Below, piece after piece: positions 26,301 to 32,000 of a stretch of 32,000 nt of DNA (positions are counted from its first letter, which is position 1; every line of letters begins with the position of its first letter). The stretch covers positions 1 to 32,000 of the forward strand of contig JAJRZD010000034.1 of the NCBI GenBank assembly GCA_024275415.1. Direction: 5' to 3'. The position numbers and the translations under genes are program-made. The notes under the pieces are model-generated. The model ran no database searches. It had not been told where the DNA came from and was given only the letters and a program-made list of their open reading frames with translations. The stretch is from an archaeon (GTDB lineage: Archaea; Asgardarchaeota; Thorarchaeia; Thorarchaeales; Thorarchaeaceae).

Positions 26301-29063
26301 ATGTCAACATTCAGTAAGTTCAAGAGATCCGCCGGACGATTCCTTCGGCAGATCTTTCATAGACCAAAGGCGAAGATCTCACGAGGTTCAGTCCTCATAA
26401 TAATGGCAATGGCTCTGATATTCTTTGCAGCTCTTATCTTGCGCTTGGAACCGCTTATCAACTCGCAACCAATCGTGCGGGCATTTGACCCGTGGTTTCA
26501 GCTGAAAGTAACAGAGTATGTGGCAGAGAATGGGTACATGTCCTTCTTCAACTGGTATGACTATTCAACATGGGTTCCGTATGGCCGGGACATGACCTCT
26601 ACCAGTTATATTGGCGTTCCATTCACCAGTGCCTTCTTCTACTGGGTCGCCAACAATCTTGGGATTGAAGTGTCAGTGCTCACTGTTTCTCTAGTTCTGC
26701 CAGCAATAATGGGCGCGCTGACGACAGTCGTTGCGTTCTACCTTGGACGTGAGGTTTCAAACAATACAGTGGGCATGCTTACTGCGCTGTTCTTGGCTTT
26801 CATGCCTGCATTCATCCAACGCACGGTCGCTGGATTCTATGATAATGAAGCAATTGGAGTCTTTGCAATAGTACTTACGTTATACCTCTTCACACGAAGC
26901 CTGAAGAGAGGTTCTGCTCTCTCAGGGATCGGAGGCGGCCTTGCATTAGCATATCTTCTGGCATCATGGGGTGCTGGAGATTTCATGCTTGGCTTACTGT
27001 CTCTCTATGGGTTCTTCATGCTGATTGGTGGTAGATACAGCCATCGACTGCTCACTTCGTATACCATTACAATCTCCTTGGGGATATTTCTCGGAGTACT
27101 TGTCCCTAGAAACGGGTTCGGAACCCTTACCTCCATGACTTACCTAGCAGCGATTGGTGTTGGTGGACTACTCGCCTTATTTGAGATATGGCAGAGAATT
27201 GGAAAGTACCGCGCGACAACGGCCTCGGTACTCGCGCCACATATGAGGTCTATCGTTCTCGGTCTAATTGCTCCAATTATCGGAATTGTGGGTTACTCTG
27301 TCTATGTATCCAGCACAGAGCTTGAGATTGTCACAACAACATCCAACCCAATCACATTTATTGGCGGAAAATTCACGAGTGTCATCAATCCATTCTTTAG
27401 ACTTGACCAACGGATTTTCGCTTCAGTAGCTGAGCATCTACCAAGTCCATGGGCAAGTTTCTATCAGACTCTACTGGTGCTGATTCTTTTCTTCCCATTG
27501 GGCTTGTATTTTGCCTATAGACGCGGCAGGGATGAGGACTGGCTCATTCTCCTTTTCGGTGCCACGGCCGTTTATTTCACTGGCAGCATGATCAGACTGG
27601 CTCTGATACTTGCACCTGCTGCGGCAATACTTGCGGCAATCGCCGTGAACGGCATCCTCGTGCCTTTCGCAAAAATTGTCAAACAGCAATCAGTGTTTGA
27701 ACGCAGACGGTTCCGGATGAGTTCGTCCCTGACATCAGAACATGCCATTACGGCATTCGCATTTGTCGGACTCCTGTTGTCAGTGAATGTCGTACTAGGT
27801 GTCGTATATGTCACCCAAGGAGTGGGTCCGCCGGAGTTTGCACCAGCTGAGATCACATCACAAGGGCAAGTAACTGATTGGCAAAGTGCAATGACCTATA
27901 TTCGGAACGTCTTGCCAGACAGTGCCACGATTGCAAGCTGGTGGGACTACGGGTACTGGATCAATGGCGCTTCTGGGGCTAAGACAATCGTTGATAACGC
28001 GACGTTCAACAGCACGCAGATAGCTTTAATGGGATATGCGTTGATGTCGCTCAATCTCACCGAGTCACTACGCACCCTCAGTCAGTGGAACACAACCCAT
28101 GTTCTTGTGTACTGGGGACACAGAAGTGGGTACTTTGGTGGTGATGATGGTAAATGGCCATGGATGGTTCGAATCGCAGAGGATAATCTTGGATCCGATA
28201 TGATTGATGATACAACATATCTGGGTGATAATCCTGCTACACCAGACACAGAGGAAACCGAGTACACCCTTGATGCGTTCTTCCAGTCCACCCTCTACAA
28301 GCTTATGCTTTATGACGAGCCAGCTGACCAGACCGAAGCCCAATCAATGGGTCTCTCTGATACACGACAGCAGCTCGATAATATCTACTGGCAGGACAGC
28401 GACTCACGGTGGGTTTCGAATATTCCCTCTGACCTCTATGGTGCGTTCAACCTCGAGTTCATCAGCTATTCATACGGTACAGTCAAACTGTATAGCATCG
28501 ATTACACCATGCTAGAACAATACAACAACAAGACTGCAGCAGACTGGGTTCCTGATTTAGATGTTCTAGATGATGTGAGTCTCGATGGTAACCTTTCCAC
28601 TTCCGAATTAGCGTTCTCCAGTTATGATCTCGTATTTGGTGGTGGATATGATGCCAAGGTCTACACACGATCGAACTCCACTCATATTTACTATGGGATT
28701 CAGATGGACAACTACACCATAGGTGAGGACGCCTTCGGTCTACAGATATCTCCAATAGACTCGACCGATACTGGTGACCTCAAACTTGTCAACTACGAGG
28801 ACCAAGACTATTTCGACGGTTACATCGATTACTATGGGGATTGGACTGAGGATGCCAGTGGATCCGACTCGTCAGAGTATGCAACAGGTGAGCGCGTCAT
28901 CGAGTTTCTCCTCCCACTGTCATCAGATGACTCACACGATCTGAACATGACCGGTGGGATGAACTACCAGATCCGCTTCCTGTTTTGGAACAATGCGAAC
29001 ACAGGTAATCCGACCCTTGATAGTGACTGGACAATCATCTGGGTACCTGTCGAACTCCATTAG
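26301..29063 (+). CDS. aglB: Oligosaccharyltransferase AglB/STT3 with a C-terminal acidic beta-rich extension
   Basis: FDPWF, YDNE, SWG, SVAEH, WWDYG (27939-27953), DNATFN and DDGKWPWMVRI, with about 13 TM segments. Confidence 0.96.
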   Translation: MSTFSKFKRSAGRFLRQIFHRPKAKISRGSVLIIMAMALIFFAALILRLEPLINSQPIVRAFDPWFQLKVTEYVAENGYMSFFNWYDYSTWVPYGRDMTSTSYIGVPFTSAFFYWVANNLGIEVSVLTVSLVLPAIMGALTTVVAFYLGREVSNNTVGMLTALFLAFMPAFIQRTVAGFYDNEAIGVFAIVLTLYLFTRSLKRGSALSGIGGGLALAYLLASWGAGDFMLGLLSLYGFFMLIGGRYSHRLLTSYTITISLGIFLGVLVPRNGFGTLTSMTYLAAIGVGGLLALFEIWQRIGKYRATTASVLAPHMRSIVLGLIAPIIGIVGYSVYVSSTELEIVTTTSNPITFIGGKFTSVINPFFRLDQRIFASVAEHLPSPWASFYQTLLVLILFFPLGLYFAYRRGRDEDWLILLFGATAVYFTGSMIRLALILAPAAAILAAIAVNGILVPFAKIVKQQSVFERRRFRMSSSLTSEHAITAFAFVGLLLSVNVVLGVVYVTQGVGPPEFAPAEITSQGQVTDWQSAMTYIRNVLPDSATIASWWDYGYWINGASGAKTIVDNATFNSTQIALMGYALMSLNLTESLRTLSQWNTTHVLVYWGHRSGYFGGDDGKWPWMVRIAEDNLGSDMIDDTTYLGDNPATPDTEETEYTLDAFFQSTLYKLMLYDEPADQTEAQSMGLSDTRQQLDNIYWQDSDSRWVSNIPSDLYGAFNLEFISYSYGTVKLYSIDYTMLEQYNNKTAADWVPDLDVLDDVSLDGNLSTSELAFSSYDLVFGGGYDAKVYTRSNSTHIYYGIQMDNYTIGEDAFGLQISPIDSTDTGDLKLVNYEDQDYFDGYIDYYGDWTEDASGSDSSEYATGERVIEFLLPLSSDDSHDLNMTGGMNYQIRFLFWNNANTGNPTLDSDWTIIWVPVELH

Positions 29064-29076
29064 TTCAAATGGGGAA

Positions 29077-29123
29077 TGTGGCTGTCAGTACTGACAGTCA
29101 CACTTCTGTTCTTTTTTAAAAAA
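29077..29123. terminator. Probable bidirectional terminator between convergent aglB and nop10
   Basis: 26-nt inverted repeat TGTGGCTGTCAGTACTGACAGTCACA (perfect 16-nt core at 29082-29097, one G-T pair outside it), followed by T6A6, which gives an oligo-U tract on either strand. Confidence 0.6.
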
Positions 29124-29176
29124 TCAAAATAGATGAAAAATAAGCGTCTGCAATGAAGGTGAAGGAGTATGTCTAT

Positions 29177-29353
29177 TCACTCGATAGGCCTTCTAGCCAG
29201 TTTCTTTGCTTTCCTTCGATATTTCCCGTATTTGTCCTGCGGAGAGAATTTCGGGGGCGCAGGGCTTCTAACAGCATTGCCGCACTTCGGGCATGCTGTA
29301 TCATTGAGAGTATATGATGCGCAGCTTGTGCATTTGTACAGATATGGCATCAT
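29177..29353 (-). CDS. nop10: H/ACA RNP protein Nop10 (58 aa)
   Basis: Below the ORF-track cutoff: MMPYLYKCTSCASYTLNDTACPKCGNAVRSPAPPKFSPQDKYGKYRR, with a zinc ribbon and the PxxFSPxDKYxxYR motif. Canonical position after eIF2alpha. Confidence 0.95.
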   Translation of the reverse strand: MMPYLYKCTSCASYTLNDTACPKCGNAVRSPAPPKFSPQDKYGKYRRKAKKLARRPIE

Positions 29354-29359
29354 GAACCC

Positions 29360-30154
29360 CTATTTTCTGTTGAATACGATCGTCCCTGCGTCTTTCTCAA
29401 TAATCTTTGTGACAGTTCCAAGAACCTTTGATAGAACCTCTTCTGCTTCTTTATAATCAGGTGAAACGATTCGTAGTTTGTACCGTGGCGAACCCAGAGT
29501 GTAGATCTCAACTGTTGACTTCTCCTGAGCTTTTCCAATTTCCAGGCCTTCGGAGAGCGCTTTCCTTATAGTTCCAACGCCCTTCACTCCCGGAACTGTG
29601 ATTGTCATCTCTCCATCTATTTCGACAGATGGGATTTCAATCCGCACCTTCGCCATCTCGGCAAGCTGCTCCTTGAGTTCTTTCGGGATGTCCACTTCAT
29701 CAAAGACTCTGACATTGCCGTCAGCAGCTTGTTCAAGCCCTTTGTAGATCTCACCGAAGTAGTCCTCCAAAGGCCATCCTACTTTCTCATAGATCTCTTC
29801 AAGGCTCATGTTGTTCTCCTTTGCGAGAAGTTCGAGCAGCTTCTCTGCCTTCTGTGCTCGTTTCCATTCGTTGTTCTTTGCCCGTCTTGCCTCGGTGGAT
29901 ACCCGCCTGAGGGAGCAGTCGATGTGTCCTTTCTGTTCATCAACTTGTAGGACCTTGATAACGACTCGCTGGTTCTCGTGGATGTGGTTTCTGATGTTTC
30001 GCACCCAAGTGCTAGAAATCTCAGATATGTGGATGAATCCCTCCTTGTTCCCATATTCTGGGAGTACTACATATGCTCCATAGGGTGCGACTTTGGTAGC
30101 TACGGCTACTGCATACTCGTCTGGAGTAGGCCATTTTGCACGCTTTCTGACCAT
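29360..30154 (-). CDS. eif2a: Translation initiation factor 2 alpha subunit
   Basis: S1 domain EGFIHISEISSTWVRNIR, KGHIDCSLRR, EKLLE, LGSPRY. GGTGA SD before ATG 30154. Confidence 0.96.
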   Translation of the reverse strand: MVRKRAKWPTPDEYAVAVATKVAPYGAYVVLPEYGNKEGFIHISEISSTWVRNIRNHIHENQRVVIKVLQVDEQKGHIDCSLRRVSTEARRAKNNEWKRAQKAEKLLELLAKENNMSLEEIYEKVGWPLEDYFGEIYKGLEQAADGNVRVFDEVDIPKELKEQLAEMAKVRIEIPSVEIDGEMTITVPGVKGVGTIRKALSEGLEIGKAQEKSTVEIYTLGSPRYKLRIVSPDYKEAEEVLSKVLGTVTKIIEKDAGTIVFNRK

Positions 30155-30196
30155 CGATATCACCTTCCTTGAGAACCTTGTCCGAGCATCCTTGTC

Positions 30197-30397
30197 CTAT
30201 GGAAGAACCTCGATTTCTCGCGCTATTGGCTCAAGCTTTGCTTTACCCCCGCTTGGTTTTGCAAGGGTCCTTCCACATTTCAGACAGGTTACTTCTGTGG
30301 TCGCATGTCCGAATATGATTTGCTCATGCTCACATTCCAGGCATTTCACCTTCAGGAATCGTGATTTTGGCATCTGAACTATGTCACGTTTGGGCAA
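30197..30397 (-). CDS. rps27e: 30S ribosomal protein S27e
   Basis: PKSRFLKVKCLECEHEQIIF...CLKCG...PSGGKA. TTG start with GGTGA SD. Confidence 0.95.
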   Translation of the reverse strand: MPKRDIVQMPKSRFLKVKCLECEHEQIIFGHATTEVTCLKCGRTLAKPSGGKAKLEPIAREIEVLP

Positions 30398-30569
30398 TTA
30401 TGTTCACCGCTGTATCTTGAAGTTTCACTACCACCCTGTGAGGCGGAAAATCACCCACCAAGGGCTTCTTTCCGTCGGGGTTAAGTATCATTATAACTCT
30501 ATCGACATACCACTTGTGATTCCCGTTAGAGTTAGTTTGTATCAAATGCAACCCGTGACTTTCTGTCAT
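30384..30569 (-). CDS. 61-aa hypothetical ORF between rpl44e and rps27e
   Basis: ATG overlaps the rpl44e stop (ATGA) and the stop falls 14 nt into rps27e. No family recognised; could instead be a non-coding leader. Confidence 0.4.
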   Translation of the reverse strand: MTESHGLHLIQTNSNGNHKWYVDRVIMILNPDGKKPLVGDFPPHRVVVKLQDTAVNIIAQT

Positions 30570-30847
30570 CCACGCGCAACTTCGACCTTCTTGAGCCTCA
30601 TGCCTTTGCCCTGAACGATATGTCCGCACTCAGTACACTTGTACTTTAACATCGTCTTCTTGGTCGTCTTGGCAAATCGCTTCTGGATCGGCTTCGGGAA
30701 CGACCCGTACCCTCTCGTCTTTCTCTCCATCCGCCTCTTTCCTTCAGCCATACTCCTCTCCTTCCCTTTTTTGTAGACCGAAATTTGATGTACCTGATGT
30801 GACTTACATCTTGGGCAATACTTCCGAAGCTGATTTACCATTTTCAT
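30566..30847 (-). CDS. rpl44e: 50S ribosomal protein L44e (eL42)
   Basis: YCPRCKSH...GYGSFPKP...KTTKK...KCTECG. Start set at ATG 30847 (GGTGA SD); the ORF-track extension to 31093 looks spurious. Confidence 0.95.
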   Translation of the reverse strand: MKMVNQLRKYCPRCKSHQVHQISVYKKGKERSMAEGKRRMERKTRGYGSFPKPIQKRFAKTTKKTMLKYKCTECGHIVQGKGMRLKKVEVARG

Positions 30848-31491
30848 AATCTTCACCGATTCCAAGGAGATATATGTTGATGGTGACGCGCTAGGACACT
30901 TCTTAACCTTATCGCTTTGGCAACAGTGCTCGATATCATGTTGTTTCTGGCCTTGCTCAAGCTCATGGTTACAGTGGGATGATCTGGCATTGCCGGATGA
31001 TGGATGTTGAACATTGCCGTTTATTGTATGTTGTACAACCTTTGACACCCGAGTGTTGCACTCCCAGATAACGGCACTGGGTGGAATCTGCAAGGCCGTT
31101 TGTGTGTCATGTCGTCTTCATACTCCTGTGAGAGTGGTAGAGTATATACGCCCCAAAAATTACTTCAAGTGTCCAATCTAAAGGATGTCTAAGTTCGCGT
31201 AAGTTTGTGCAGCTGTTTGCAATCCTCGATCCCACAGTTGTATCTTGGAAGCATTCCATCAAGGAACAGCTAATGTGTGGGCAATGTTCTGTTGCTGCGC
31301 ATATATCCATCTGGAGCAATTGTGACTATTCGGTTGTACACTTCTGTGAATTCTCAAAACGAATCGTTTGGTTCCCATTTTATTTGCCTTTTAGGCCAGA
31401 CAAATCGCGTTCGCTGTATCGTACATCTTGGATAACATGTTCCGACTTGTATGTTCCCTATCCTGTAAGGAGCAGTTCTCATTTCTCAACA

Positions 31492-31686
31492 TTATGCTCC
31501 CGTCGCAAAGACATGCGCCAGAATTGTCACAGCCACAAGTATAGATGAAAAGATGATAACGAGGGTAGGACCCACCTTTATCCCAGGTGTTTCATCTTCG
31601 AAGAACCGAATAAGACCTGCCCCGCCGCTTGGCATGCCAGCTCCACCGTCTCGTTTCCTCTTCCGTTTGCTTCCAGTCTTGGGCAT
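31492..31686 (-). CDS. sec61b: Sec61beta/SecG translocon subunit
   Basis: GAGLIRFFEDETPGIKVGP plus a single C-terminal TM helix. AAGGAGG SD before ATG 31686. Confidence 0.93.
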   Translation of the reverse strand: MPKTGSKRKRKRDGGAGMPSGGAGLIRFFEDETPGIKVGPTLVIIFSSILVAVTILAHVFATGA

Positions 31687-31750
31687 AGTTATTGCCTCCT
31701 TAGGCAGGAGTGTCCAGCAGGGTTTGACATTTAATCCTTTTGACGGGACA

Positions 31751-31999
31751 TCAAATCTCACAAGTACAAGGAATCATCCCACACTTTGAACAAGCATTTT
31801 GATACTTGCGGGTCAAAGAGTCGCCAATATCAACGTCCATCAGGTTAGCAATAGAGCACAGCCATGCAAACACATCAGCAACTTCTTCTTCTATCGCTTC
31901 AGGTTCCCCTCTGGTTACTGCCTCACTTAGCTCTGCCAGCTCTTCAAAAGTGCGCAGGATGGCGATTGAAACGCCCCGTTTCTTATCTCTCTCAAGATA
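31751..31999 (-). CDS. MazG-like NTP pyrophosphohydrolase, 5' end outside the window
   Basis: Absent from the ORF track; hand translation ...FEELAELSEAV...EEEVADVFAWLCSIAN...KY..ACSKCGMIPCTC shows the ExxE...ExxD metal motif and a Cys-rich tail. Confidence 0.88.
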   Translation of the reverse strand, partial: YLERDKKRGVSIAILRTFEELAELSEAVTRGEPEAIEEEVADVFAWLCSIANLMDVDIGDSLTRKYQNACSKCGMIPCTCEI

Positions 32000-32000
32000 A

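Noticed and set aside
30874-30983. Plus-strand SD-ATG followed by a hydrophobic stretch in another frame
   Set aside because: The ATG frame stops after six codons, and joining the two needs an unsupported frameshift.
30848-31093. ORF-track 82-aa extension of L44e
   Set aside because: L44e homology begins at ATG 30847, which has a GGTGA SD.
1-32000. CRISPR arrays, tRNA/rRNA genes, IS elements, integrases
   Set aside because: No spaced repeats, cloverleaf or rRNA-like tracts, terminal inverted repeats or transposase motifs were seen by eye.

Overview
Gene-dense archaeal housekeeping region, very probably from an Asgard archaeon. This is inferred from PolD, CarS, AglB, Elf1, Nop10, eIF2alpha, S27e/L44e and an OSTC/DC2-like gene; the class is not determinable here. 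The left two-thirds is rich in DNA replication and repair genes: metallophosphoesterase, SWIM protein, Lhr, five-OB-fold RPA, PolD DP2, RadB, a YqgF-like nuclease, XPD and TopA. The right third carries pterin/C1 genes (mptE, folP, gcvT, gcvH), aglB/STT3 and a translation/translocon string. No rRNA, tRNA, CRISPR array, transposase or intein was seen. Main observations: (1) several candidate eukaryote-like oligosaccharyltransferase subunits occur in one window, namely STT3/AglB with an extra DOMON-like domain, OSTC/DC2-like, a GIFT-domain membrane protein ending KKxx, and a 41-aa Ost4-like miniprotein missed by the ORF track, plus Sec61beta; (2) radB is interrupted by an in-frame TGA; (3) a PAC4-like proteasome chaperone; (4) a 61-codon ORF wedged between rpl44e and rps27e; (5) a recent OB-fold duplication in RPA; (6) a domain-permuted FolP. 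All family calls come from motif recognition and reference sequences recalled from memory; no database searches were run. Several starts were moved downstream of the ORF-track start on the basis of Shine-Dalgarno (SD) motifs and homology.
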